In this document: in pieces, positions 55,440 to 64,000 of the stretch
Layout: each line of letters starts with the position of its first letter
How positions within the stretch are numbered: the stretch's first letter is position 1
DNA from: Betaproteobacteria bacterium
Lineage (GTDB): Bacteria > Pseudomonadota > Gammaproteobacteria > Burkholderiales > JACQAP01
Length of the DNA: 64,000 nucleotides
NCBI GenBank assembly: GCA_039931685.1
Contig: JBDTRK010000003.1
Location: 5,990 to 69,989 of the forward strand
Reading direction: 5' to 3'
Made by a program: the position numbers and the translations under genes
The notes under the pieces: model-generated
Seen by the model: the letters and a program-made list of their open reading frames with translations, nothing else
What the model was told of the DNA's origin: nothing
The model's database searches: none

Positions 55440-55760
55440 CCTAGCCTCCTGAGTTCTTCTCGCAACCAGTGTCGAACAGGCAGCGAGCCTGCAATCGTCG
55501 CTGCCACCCTTTAATTAGACTGAATCTAATCTGTAAACCGAGTGTAGACATTGGCGAAAGCCAAGTCAACCAGCAACGGGTGCATGCCTGCCGCCGGATC
55601 GAACGTCGTCCGCCGCGCTGGCAAAAGCGATCGCCAGCAAGGGTTTGGGCCGGAGCGCACGCTGGCACTGGCTGTGGAAACCGTTTAGTCTTGACGCACT
55701 TTTGCCCCGGGAGAATCCCGGTATTGCGTTCCTGATCCGCACTTCGCACACGGCCATTTC

Positions 55761-56825
55761 ATGCTGACAAGAACAAACATTGGTCTGACGATAGAACAGG
55801 ACGAGCTGAAGGGGTTTTCCAGAACCATAGCCGAAATCGAGTGGCTGCTCCTTGGACTGGTCCTGATTTATCTGCTGGCCGGCGCCCCGCCGGAAGAAGG
55901 CAGAACCGCCATCCACGCCGCGCTATTCTTCTTCGCGGCGTTCATTCTCGGCCTGCATTACGTGCATTTCTACCGGCTCGAAAACCGCACCAAGCTGATG
56001 TTCGAAAGCTGGGTGATGATTGTGTTCATCACCTGGGTGATCTGGTTCACCGGACAGATCAACAGCCCGCTGCTCAACCTTTATCTGCTGCCGATCATCG
56101 CCAGCGCATTGATCTTCGGCAAACTGCCGACGGCCTTGAAGGTGGGCACCATCATCGCCTGCATCATGTTCTTCGCATATAGCCCCAAATCGAAAACGCT
56201 GCTGTCGCTGCCGTTCTGGGGTGAATTGCTGGCGATTTCCGCCCCCATGATTCTGGTGGCCTATATAACCACCATGCTCGCCGCGGACATCCGTTATGCG
56301 GTGGACAAGATCAAACAGGTGTCCGATACCGACGAACTCACCGGCATCTACAACATGCGCGCCTTTTCGTCGACGCTACAGCGCGCTTTCCGACAGTCCG
56401 TGCGCTACGGCCACGCGTTGTCGGTGGTGATGATCGACTCCGACAACCTGAAGCAGATCAACGATGCGCACGGCCACGACTCCGGCAACAGGCTGCTCCA
56501 GCACCTGGTGCGGTGCGTGCGCGAGCAATTGCGCGGCTCGGACGTCATGGCGCGCTTTGGCGGTGACGAGTTCATCGTGCTGCTGCCGGAGACCAACAAC
56601 AAAGGCGCGCTGGAAATGGCAGAGCGCATTCGCAAGGCCGTCGAACTATCACGCCTCGACATGCGCACCGGCGATGCCAGCATCACCGTCAGCCTCGGCG
56701 TGGCGAGCTATCCAGAGGATGGCGGCAATCTCGAAGTCATCCTGGAAAAAGCCGACAAGGCCATGTACCGCGCCAAGCAGCGCGGCCGCAACTGCGTCAT
56801 TGCCTATAACGACGACGCTGCCTGA
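55761..56825 (+). CDS. membrane-anchored diguanylate cyclase (GGDEF)
   Basis: About five N-terminal TM helices, then DELTGIYNMRAF...RFGGDEFIVLLPE. Confidence 0.85.
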   Translation: MLTRTNIGLTIEQDELKGFSRTIAEIEWLLLGLVLIYLLAGAPPEEGRTAIHAALFFFAAFILGLHYVHFYRLENRTKLMFESWVMIVFITWVIWFTGQINSPLLNLYLLPIIASALIFGKLPTALKVGTIIACIMFFAYSPKSKTLLSLPFWGELLAISAPMILVAYITTMLAADIRYAVDKIKQVSDTDELTGIYNMRAFSSTLQRAFRQSVRYGHALSVVMIDSDNLKQINDAHGHDSGNRLLQHLVRCVREQLRGSDVMARFGGDEFIVLLPETNNKGALEMAERIRKAVELSRLDMRTGDASITVSLGVASYPEDGGNLEVILEKADKAMYRAKQRGRNCVIAYNDDAA

Positions 56826-57646
56826 GCGGGCGCGGCACCGCCATGGCGGCCGGGCCGAAAGTAATCGGTGTCATCGTAGAAATTTTCCTGGTTACCCGCG
56901 CTCCACCAGCCCGGCACGCCCAGTACCGGCAGCGGCGACAACTCCCGGCCCTGCCTCATGTGCGCGCGGTTCCAGACGTGGGCGGCGAGCAGTCGATCCG
57001 CATCGGCAACCTGCGCCTGCTGCGGCAGGCGCGCAAATCCATCCGGCACACACAGCAAGACGGCCTTGCCGGTCATGCCGACGAAGGGGTCCAGCGCCTT
57101 GTGGTACAGCGCATGGCCGAACAGGAAAAAGCGCATTTTCTGCCTGACCTCCTCGCGCCGCCTCCAGAACAACTCCTTCCAGCGAAACGTGCGTAGCAGG
57201 TCCAGCAATGCGGCGTCGCTGGACAGCACTACTACGCCGTCTTCGTCGAACAAGGTGAGCGCATCGCGCACCGGCGGCCGGTTGCCCGCCTGCGTCCCGG
57301 CCAGCGATTCGTAATGCCGCGCATTGATCACTGCCTTGGTGGTCGGAAAGGACATCCACACCAGGGCATTGAACAAGTCGTGCCAGTCCAGCGCACGCAT
57401 TTGCACTTCGCCGGCCAGAAAGGTGCGCTGCTCGAAGCCGTCCCGGAATTCGCCGGACCGGGGCGACTGCACAACGAAGCGAACCGGCAAACCCTGGGCA
57501 TTGACCACCCTGCCGGCATCGCCGGCGAGCGCATTGAGCACGTCAGGATCGGGCCAGCCGATCTGCGGCAGGCGGGCGCCGACCGCACGTAGCGGCGCGA
57601 ACATGTCGGAGCGATGCAGCCAGTCGGTATTCCAATAATCGGCCAT
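56804..57646 (-). CDS. DUF3025 domain-containing protein
   Basis: FAPLRAVG...WHDLFNALVWMSFPTTKAVINARH is the DUF3025 pattern (from memory). Confidence 0.7.
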   Translation of the reverse strand: MADYWNTDWLHRSDMFAPLRAVGARLPQIGWPDPDVLNALAGDAGRVVNAQGLPVRFVVQSPRSGEFRDGFEQRTFLAGEVQMRALDWHDLFNALVWMSFPTTKAVINARHYESLAGTQAGNRPPVRDALTLFDEDGVVVLSSDAALLDLLRTFRWKELFWRRREEVRQKMRFFLFGHALYHKALDPFVGMTGKAVLLCVPDGFARLPQQAQVADADRLLAAHVWNRAHMRQGRELSPLPVLGVPGWWSAGNQENFYDDTDYFRPGRHGGAAPAQAASSL

Positions 57647-57711
57647 GCGGGCGCGCGAACGCGATCAGGTAACATGCGATTGTCTCAGTATAGCCAGCCG
57701 GAAAACGTATC

Positions 57712-58848
57712 GTGACCGAACAAGTGGACTGCGCCGTCATCGGCGCCGGCGTCGTCGGACTCGCCATTGCCCGCGAGCTCGCCATGGCCGGGCGCGAGGT
57801 CATCGTGCTGGAAGCCGCCGACGCCATCGGCACGCATACCAGTTCGCGTAACTCCGAAGTCATCCACGCCGGGCTGTACTATCCGAAGGGTTCGCTCAAG
57901 GCCCGTCTTTGCGTCTCCGGAAAAACACTGCTCTATGATTACTGCGCGGGGCACGGCGTGCCCCACAACAACATCGGCAAAATCGTAGTGGCGGTAACCC
58001 AGGACGAAATCACCACGCTGAAAAGCTACGTGCAAAAGGCCGAGGGGAACGGCGTTCACGACCTGCGCTGGCTCGCGCGCGCAGAGCTGCGTGAACTGGA
58101 GCCGGCGGTCGAATGCGTCACCGGCTTTCTGTCGCCCTCCACCGGCATCGTCGATAGCCACGCGCTCATGCTCGCCTATCAGGGAGACGCGGAAAACAGC
58201 GGCGCATCCGTTGTCTTCAAGAGTCCGGTCGATTCCGGAGAAATCGGCGCGGAAGGCATCCTGCTGAAGGTCGGCGGGGACGAACCCATGTCCATCTTCT
58301 GCCGGAGTGTCGTCAATTCGGCCGGCCTGTTCGCGCAGAACGTTGCGCGTTCGTTCGCCGGTCTGCCGGCGCAAAGCATTCCCCCGCAGTATTTCGCCAA
58401 GGCGCATTACTACACCCTGTCGGGCAAGCCGCCGTTCAGGCGGCTGGTCTATCCGGTGGCAAGCAATGCCCACCTCGGCGTGCACGTGACGGTGGACATG
58501 GCGGGCCAGATCCGCTTCGGACCGGATGTCTGCTGGGTCGATGCAGTGGATTACGCCTTCGATCACTCGCGCGAGCCGCTGTTCTACGCGGCAATCCGCC
58601 AATACTATCCCGGACTCAGGGACGGCCAACTGCAGCCCGGCTACACCGGCATTCGCCCCAAGGTCTCCGCGCCACAGGAAGCGGCGGCGGATTTCATCAT
58701 CAGCGGTCCGCGCCATCATGGGGTCGGCGGCCTGGTGAATCTGTTTGGCATCGAATCGCCCGGGCTGACCGCGTCCTTGGCGATCGCCGCCCACGTAAAG
58801 GCCTTGCTGCAAGGCCGGACCGTCAACGACTCGCCGAGTGGCGCATGA
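57712..58848 (+). CDS. FAD-dependent oxidoreductase (LhgO/DAO-like)
   Basis: CAVIGAGVVGLAIARELA dinucleotide motif and SSRNSEVIHAGLYYP. GTG start. Confidence 0.8.
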   Translation: MTEQVDCAVIGAGVVGLAIARELAMAGREVIVLEAADAIGTHTSSRNSEVIHAGLYYPKGSLKARLCVSGKTLLYDYCAGHGVPHNNIGKIVVAVTQDEITTLKSYVQKAEGNGVHDLRWLARAELRELEPAVECVTGFLSPSTGIVDSHALMLAYQGDAENSGASVVFKSPVDSGEIGAEGILLKVGGDEPMSIFCRSVVNSAGLFAQNVARSFAGLPAQSIPPQYFAKAHYYTLSGKPPFRRLVYPVASNAHLGVHVTVDMAGQIRFGPDVCWVDAVDYAFDHSREPLFYAAIRQYYPGLRDGQLQPGYTGIRPKVSAPQEAAADFIISGPRHHGVGGLVNLFGIESPGLTASLAIAAHVKALLQGRTVNDSPSGA

Positions 58849-60152
58849 CGACGATGGACCAGCTGGAGCACGTCGAAAAAGCCAGCGTCGACGAGTTGCG
58901 CAAGCTGCAGCTCGACCGACTGCGCTGGAGCCTGAAGCACGCCTACGAAAACGTGCCGCACTACCGTCAGAGCTTCGCTGCCGCCGGAGTCCATCCCGGC
59001 GACCTGCAAGAGCTTTCCGACTTGGCGAAATTCCCGTTCACCACGAAGACCGAGTTGCGCGAGAACTACCCGTTTGGGCTGTTCGCCGTGCCGATGAAAG
59101 ACATTGTGCGGGTGCATGCCTCCAGCGGCACGACCGGCAAGCCCACGGTCGTCGGATACACCAAACAAGACATCGAAATGTGGGCGGGCGTAATGGCCCG
59201 CTCATTGCGCGCGGCCGGCGCGCGATCGAGCGACGTCGTGCATATCGCGTACGGCTACGGCCTGTTCACCGGCGGGTTGGGCGCGCACTATGGCGCCGAA
59301 GCGCTCGGCGCCACCGTGATTCCCTCGGGAGGCGGCATGACCGAACGCCAGGTCAGGCTCATCTGCGACTTCAAGCCCGATATCATCATGTGCACGCCGT
59401 CCTATCTGCTAGTGATTGCCGACGAATTCGTGCGCCAGGGCCTCGACCCGGCAAAGTCGTCGCCGCGCATAGGCATCTTCGGCGCCGAGCCGTGGTCGGA
59501 AAGCATGCAGGCCGAGCTCGAGCGGCGCTTCGGCATCGCCGCGCTCGACCTGTACGGACTTTCCGAAGTGATCGGCCCGGGCGTGGCCGCCGAGTGCATC
59601 GAAACCCGCGACGGACTCACCATCTGGGAAGACCATTTCTATCCGGAGATCATCGATCCGCAGACCGGCGCAGTCCTGCCGGACGGGGAAAGCGGCGAAC
59701 TCGTGCTTACCTCGCTGACCAAGGTCGGCATGCCGGTCGTGCGTTACCGCACGCGCGACCTCACGCGATTGCTGCCCGGCACTGCGCGCACGATGCGGCG
59801 CATGGCGCGCGTCACCGGCCGCAGCGACGACATGCTGATCATTCGCGGCGTCAACGTGTTTCCGTCGCAGATCGAGGAAATCATCGTGCAGCAGCCGGCG
59901 CTCTCCCCGCACTATGTCCTGGAAGTGCGCCGTGACGGCCACATGGATGAACTCGACGTCCTGGTCGAACGCCGCCCGGACATTCCCGGACCACTTGCCG
60001 CCGCCGCCCGCCAAAGTGCCGAACAGGAAGTGGCCCGCCAGATCAAGGGCCTGATTGGCGTGACCACGACCGTGAAAGTGGTCGAACCCGATACCCTGCA
60101 ACGATCCCAGGGCAAGGCGGTGCGGGTCATCGACAAACGACCGAAGAATTGA
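58845..60152 (+). CDS. paaK: phenylacetate-CoA ligase
   Basis: Near-colinear with E. coli PaaK (ASVDELRKLQLDRLRWSLKHAYENVPHYR, HASSGTTGKPTVVGYT, RYRTRDLTRLLPGTARTMRRM, RSDDMLIIRGVNVFPSQ). Confidence 0.9.
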   Translation: MTTMDQLEHVEKASVDELRKLQLDRLRWSLKHAYENVPHYRQSFAAAGVHPGDLQELSDLAKFPFTTKTELRENYPFGLFAVPMKDIVRVHASSGTTGKPTVVGYTKQDIEMWAGVMARSLRAAGARSSDVVHIAYGYGLFTGGLGAHYGAEALGATVIPSGGGMTERQVRLICDFKPDIIMCTPSYLLVIADEFVRQGLDPAKSSPRIGIFGAEPWSESMQAELERRFGIAALDLYGLSEVIGPGVAAECIETRDGLTIWEDHFYPEIIDPQTGAVLPDGESGELVLTSLTKVGMPVVRYRTRDLTRLLPGTARTMRRMARVTGRSDDMLIIRGVNVFPSQIEEIIVQQPALSPHYVLEVRRDGHMDELDVLVERRPDIPGPLAAAARQSAEQEVARQIKGLIGVTTTVKVVEPDTLQRSQGKAVRVIDKRPKN

Positions 60153-60164
60153 GAGGAGCGCAAC

Positions 60165-61574
60165 GTGCCGACACATGCCGATAACGCCGACGAACCCCGC
60201 GCCCTGCAAAGTGCCGGCCTGACCCGGGAAGCCATTACCGCCTGGCAATCTTCAGCGCCGCCGGACCGCGGCGACTTTTCCGGAGACTGCGCGCGTTATA
60301 CGCATTATTGGGATAAAGCAACGGCCCTGCTGGCGAAACTCCCGGCCAAGGCGGCACGCAACGCGCAACAGACCGAAGCGGCGGAATATATAAAACGTGC
60401 CACACGCGCGTCGCGCACGCGCTTCCTGTCCGCCCACGCCGGCGCGGTATACGACCGGCTCACCCGCAACCGGACCCGCTTCGTGCGTATCGAACAGCTG
60501 GTCTACGACGCGGCCATACTCCTTCCCGGCCTCACGCCGGCGCAGGCGGTGGTCGACGCCGAACTGGCCCTCATGCAGCGCGACAAGGAGGGCCACGAAA
60601 TCGACCAGGGCATTTTTATCTCCAGCGTGCTTGCCGACGCTCGTGCGGGAACGCATCTGTGCCACGCCATGCTGCTGCCTCGCGCCGAAGCCGTGGCGCG
60701 CCTTCCCGAATACGAGAAGACCGGCCATCTCGACCTCGGCGCAGCGGAAATAACCCGCCGCGGCAAGTCATCCTGCGTCTTGCAGAAAAACCCGCGCCAC
60801 CTGAATGCGGAGGACGACACCACCATCGACGCCGCCGAGATCGCGGTGGACATTGCGATCCTGGACGCACAAACCCAGATCGGCGTACTGCGCGGGGATT
60901 ACGTGCAAGGCGGCAAATACGACGGCCGGCGCATGCTCGGCAGCGGCATCAACCTGACGCACCTGTACCACGGCAAGATTCCCTTCATCTGGTATTTGCA
61001 ACGCGACCTGGGCATCGTCAACAAATTCTTCCGCGGCGTGGCGCGCGAAGACATGACACCGGATGATTTCAACGGGCAAACCATCGAAAAACCGTGGATC
61101 GCCGTGGTCGAACAATTCGCCATTGGCGGCCACTGCCAGTACCTGCTGACCATGGACTACGTGCTGGCCGCGCGCGGCGCTTTCCTGAGCCTGCCGGCGC
61201 GCAAGGAAGGCATCATTCCGGGTGCGGCCAACATGCGCCTGCCGCGCTTCACCGGCGAGCGCATCGCCCGGCAGGCGATCATGTACGAGCGCCGGCTGGA
61301 CTGCGACAGCCCGGAAGGGCGCATGATCTGCGACGAAATCGTCGAGCCGGAGCAGATGGATGGGGCGATCGAACGCGTGGTGGAAAACCTGACCGGCTCG
61401 GGCGTCGTCAGCGCCGCCGCGAACCGCCGCGCCTTTCGCGTCACCCAGGAACCGCTGGATTTGTTTCGCCGCTATTTCGCCACCTACGCGCTGGACCAGG
61501 CTTACTGCCATTTCAGCCCTGCGCTGATTTCCAATCTCGAGCGCCACTGGAACGCCAAGAGCCGAAAGTTGTGA
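60165..61574 (+). CDS. crotonase-superfamily protein, DpgC-like (cofactor-independent acyl-CoA dioxygenase-like)
   Basis: 469 aa with a long helical N-domain. The motifs NPRHLNAEDD, GSGINLTHLYHG, KPWIAVVEQFAIGG and LPARKEGIIPGAANMRLPRF are as I recall for DpgC. GTG start. Confidence 0.65.
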   Translation: MPTHADNADEPRALQSAGLTREAITAWQSSAPPDRGDFSGDCARYTHYWDKATALLAKLPAKAARNAQQTEAAEYIKRATRASRTRFLSAHAGAVYDRLTRNRTRFVRIEQLVYDAAILLPGLTPAQAVVDAELALMQRDKEGHEIDQGIFISSVLADARAGTHLCHAMLLPRAEAVARLPEYEKTGHLDLGAAEITRRGKSSCVLQKNPRHLNAEDDTTIDAAEIAVDIAILDAQTQIGVLRGDYVQGGKYDGRRMLGSGINLTHLYHGKIPFIWYLQRDLGIVNKFFRGVAREDMTPDDFNGQTIEKPWIAVVEQFAIGGHCQYLLTMDYVLAARGAFLSLPARKEGIIPGAANMRLPRFTGERIARQAIMYERRLDCDSPEGRMICDEIVEPEQMDGAIERVVENLTGSGVVSAAANRRAFRVTQEPLDLFRRYFATYALDQAYCHFSPALISNLERHWNAKSRKL

Positions 61575-61776
61575 GCGACTCTGCGGCCTGCCGCAGGGAC
61601 GGCAACGCCAAATCCGACAGTACCTGCTTACTTCGAAATCCCCAGGCACTTGCCGGCGGTGTTCGGGTATGATGCCGCGCCGCCGCGATTCTTATTCGGG
61701 TCCGAGCCACGAGCTCTGCTTAGCCCGCGCACAAATCACGGTGTCCAACACCCTCACAAAATCAGGAGAACAAAGC

Positions 61777-61902
61777 ATGACCAGCATCATTCTGCTCGTC
61801 GGGCCACTCACCGTGATCATCGGATGCCTCTACTGGGTGATGTCGCTCGGCAAGGAGCAGGCAGCCCTCAACGCGGAACTCTGGCCCAAGCTGCGCAAGT
61901 AA
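61777..61902 (+). CDS. 41-aa hydrophobic peptide
   Basis: AGGAG lies 8 nt upstream. One TM helix (MTSIILLVGPLTVIIGCLYWVM). Followed by a strong terminator. Confidence 0.4.
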   Translation: MTSIILLVGPLTVIIGCLYWVMSLGKEQAALNAELWPKLRK

Positions 61903-61927
61903 GCCGAGCCCGCCGTTGCAAAAGAAA

Positions 61928-61955
61928 AGCCCCGGATTCCCGGGGCTTTTTGTTT
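61928..61955. terminator. bidirectional rho-independent terminator
   Basis: Hairpin agccccgg-attc-ccggggct is flanked by aaaagaaa on the 5' side and tttttgtttg on the 3' side. It lies between convergent genes. Confidence 0.65.
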
Positions 61956-62011
61956 GTCCGCGCCTGGCACCGTAAAGCAAAGCCGGCGCGGGTCGAGCCG
62001 TCCCGGATGAA

Positions 62012-64000
62012 CTATGCGGCCTTCGCCTGATTCATCGCCCGCCAGACCTTTTCCGGCGTGGCCGGCATTTCGATCTGCTTCACACCAAGGTGGCGCAGAG
62101 CGTCGATGACTGCATTCATCACCGTGGGCGTGCCGCCGACCGTGCCAAGTTCACCGACGCCTTTCGCCCCGAGCGGATTGATCTTGCACGGCGTCGTCTC
62201 GTCGGTATTGGTGTCGAAACTCGGCAAGTCGTCGGCGCGCGGCAGACAGTAATCCTGCAGCGATCCGGTGATGAGCTGCCCGGTCTCGGGATCGTAATGC
62301 GTGTTCTCGAGCAAAGCCTGGCCGACCGCCTGGGCGATGCCGCCATGCACCTGGCCGGCGACGATCAGCGGGTTGATGACGCGGCCCACGTCGTCGACGG
62401 TGGTGTAGCGCACGATGCGGGTGACGCCGGTGTCCGGATCGATCTCCACTTCGCATACATGGCAGCTGTTCGGCCACGACGGTCCGTCGACTTTCTGCAG
62501 GGTCGTGATGGCAATGCGCTTTTCCGGTTGCTTCGCCGCCAGTTCGAACAAGCCGATCCCCAGATCAGTTCCCGCCACCTGGAATCGGCCATCACGGTAC
62601 TCGATGTCCTGTCCCGCCGCCTCCAGCGCATCGCCGGCGAGTTCGCGGCCTTTCTCGATGGTCTGTTTCGAAGCGGTCAGCATCGCCGAGCCGCCGATGT
62701 ACAGCGAACGGCTGCCCATGCTGCCAATGCCCTGGGCGACATCGGTGTCGCCCTGCACGATGACGATCTTGTCGGGATCGATGTCCAGCGTCTCCGACAG
62801 GATCTGCACATAGCTGGTCTCGATGCCCTGCCCCATTGCCTGCATGGCGGTGTAAACCAGCACCCGGCCGTCGGCTTCGACGTGCAGGTTGACCGTCTCT
62901 TCATGCACCACACCGGTCCATTCCAGGAAGGTCGACAAGGCGCGCCCGCGCAGCCTGCCGCGCTTGCGCGATTCTTCGCGACGCGTCGCATAGCCCTTCC
63001 AATCCGCCTTGTCGAGGATGCGCTCGAGCATGTGCGGGAAATTACCGCTGTCGAACTTCTCGCCCATCGGCGTCTTGTATGGCATCTGCGCAGGCTGGAT
63101 GAAATTGCGCCGGCGCAATTCCGCCGGGTCCATCTTCATTTCGGCAGCGGCCTGGTCCATCAGCCGCTCCACCAGGTAGATCGCTTCGGGCCGGCCCGCA
63201 CCGCGATAGGCGCCGACCATGTTGGTGTTGGTCATCACCGCCGTGCCGCGCAGGTGCAGCGCCGGCACGTGATAGACGCCGGTTATGACCTTGGGGCCGA
63301 CCGCGACCACGATCACGGCGCCCGGGCCGCTGGCATGCGCACCGATGTTGCCGATGATGTCGACGCGAAATCCGAGGATCTTGCCGTCGGCATCGAAGGC
63401 GAGCTCGGCGTGGTTGATCTGATCGCGGCCGTGGTTGCCGCCGAGGAATTCCTCGCTGCGGCTCGCGCGCCAGTGCACCGGGCGCTTCAATTTGCGCGCG
63501 CCCCAGGCGCACACCACGTCCTCGGCATACAACTGCGTCTTCATGCCGAAACCGCCGCCGACATCGCCGACGATGACGCGCACATCCTTCATCGGCACCT
63601 TCAGGCAGGATTCCGCCAGTGTCTTCTGCAACCCGGCCGGATTCTGGCAGCTGGTACGCAGGGTGAAGCGGCCGCTGACGGCATCGAACTCGGCGATGCT
63701 GCCGCGCGGCTCCATGCTGACCGGAACCAGGCGCTGGTTGTATAGCGACAGTTTGGTAACGTGGCTGGCCTTGGCGAAGGCGGCGTCGCACAAGTCCTTC
63801 TTGCCGAATTCGGTCTGCGCGGCGATGTTGCCGGGTGCATCCGGCCACAGCAGGGGCGCGCCTTTGGCGGTGGCAGCTTCGATGGTGACGACCGCTGGCA
63901 GGTCCTGGTAATCGACCATCACCTGCTCAGCGGCATCCTCAGCCTGGATTCGGGTTGCCGCGAAGACCGCCGCCACTGGCTCGCCGACATAGCGCGCCGT
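62012..64000 (-). CDS. xanthine dehydrogenase/CoxL-family molybdopterin-binding large subunit (5' end outside window)
   Basis: GGGFGMK, GAYRGAGRPE and GQGIETSY...GSMGSRS motifs of molybdo-hydroxylase large subunits. The ORF is open to the window edge. Confidence 0.85.
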   Translation of the reverse strand, partial: TARYVGEPVAAVFAATRIQAEDAAEQVMVDYQDLPAVVTIEAATAKGAPLLWPDAPGNIAAQTEFGKKDLCDAAFAKASHVTKLSLYNQRLVPVSMEPRGSIAEFDAVSGRFTLRTSCQNPAGLQKTLAESCLKVPMKDVRVIVGDVGGGFGMKTQLYAEDVVCAWGARKLKRPVHWRASRSEEFLGGNHGRDQINHAELAFDADGKILGFRVDIIGNIGAHASGPGAVIVVAVGPKVITGVYHVPALHLRGTAVMTNTNMVGAYRGAGRPEAIYLVERLMDQAAAEMKMDPAELRRRNFIQPAQMPYKTPMGEKFDSGNFPHMLERILDKADWKGYATRREESRKRGRLRGRALSTFLEWTGVVHEETVNLHVEADGRVLVYTAMQAMGQGIETSYVQILSETLDIDPDKIVIVQGDTDVAQGIGSMGSRSLYIGGSAMLTASKQTIEKGRELAGDALEAAGQDIEYRDGRFQVAGTDLGIGLFELAAKQPEKRIAITTLQKVDGPSWPNSCHVCEVEIDPDTGVTRIVRYTTVDDVGRVINPLIVAGQVHGGIAQAVGQALLENTHYDPETGQLITGSLQDYCLPRADDLPSFDTNTDETTPCKINPLGAKGVGELGTVGGTPTVMNAVIDALRHLGVKQIEMPATPEKVWRAMNQAKAA

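Overview
This is a GC-rich, gene-dense chromosomal window with about 68 supportable CDS and one tRNA. It has no rRNA, CRISPR array, transposase or integrase. All family assignments come from reading the translated ORFs and recalling family signatures. No searches were run.

**Likely origin.** The protein signatures look proteobacterial, most like a betaproteobacterium. They include PilS/PilR, AmpD, NrdAB with an NrdR box, rplU-rpmA-obgE-proB and IspB.

**Layout.**
- 0-12 kb: envelope and housekeeping genes (DUF4337, PAP2, dusA, AKR, AraC + M14 peptidase), then a PQQ quinoprotein dehydrogenase with a cytochrome c.
- 12.2-12.8 kb: a patch of gene remnants.
- 12.8-27.5 kb: a carbohydrate-catabolic block. 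It holds amidohydrolase/SDR/RidA genes, two iolG-like genes, iolD, iolE, a sugar ABC importer, fucU and an L-fucose-like oxidative route.
- 27.5-30.5 kb: a five-gene operon of the bufferin type (DUF2282 precursor, DUF692 MNIO, DUF2063, DoxX), plus a cytochrome-c-like gene interrupted by an in-frame TAG.
- 30.7-32.9 kb: otnC and otnK.
- 33-37 kb: small stress genes and an H1-like Lys/Ala-repeat protein.
- 37.3-41.7 kb: nrdB and nrdA.
- 42.7-46.6 kb: ampD, pilR, pilS and a PP0621-like gene.
- 46.6-50.9 kb: tRNA-Pro, ispB, rplU, rpmA, obgE and proB.
- 51-55.4 kb: a CNP1-like gene, cfa, and a DUF3501 / Fe-S / rubrerythrin operon.
- 55.8-64 kb: a GGDEF gene, DUF3025, a FAD-oxidoreductase / PaaK / DpgC-like operon, and a partial molybdo-hydroxylase large subunit.

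**Most notable observations.**
- The bufferin-type RiPP operon.
- A family of four MITE-like palindromic elements with tandem-9-mer arms and a shared core.
- A PaaK + DpgC-like pairing.
- An uncharacterised rubrerythrin / Hdr-like / DUF3501 operon.
- A translationally coupled 36-codon ORF that duplicates the NrdA C-terminal CxxC tail with only synonymous differences.
- Several frameshifted, nonsense or truncated genes.
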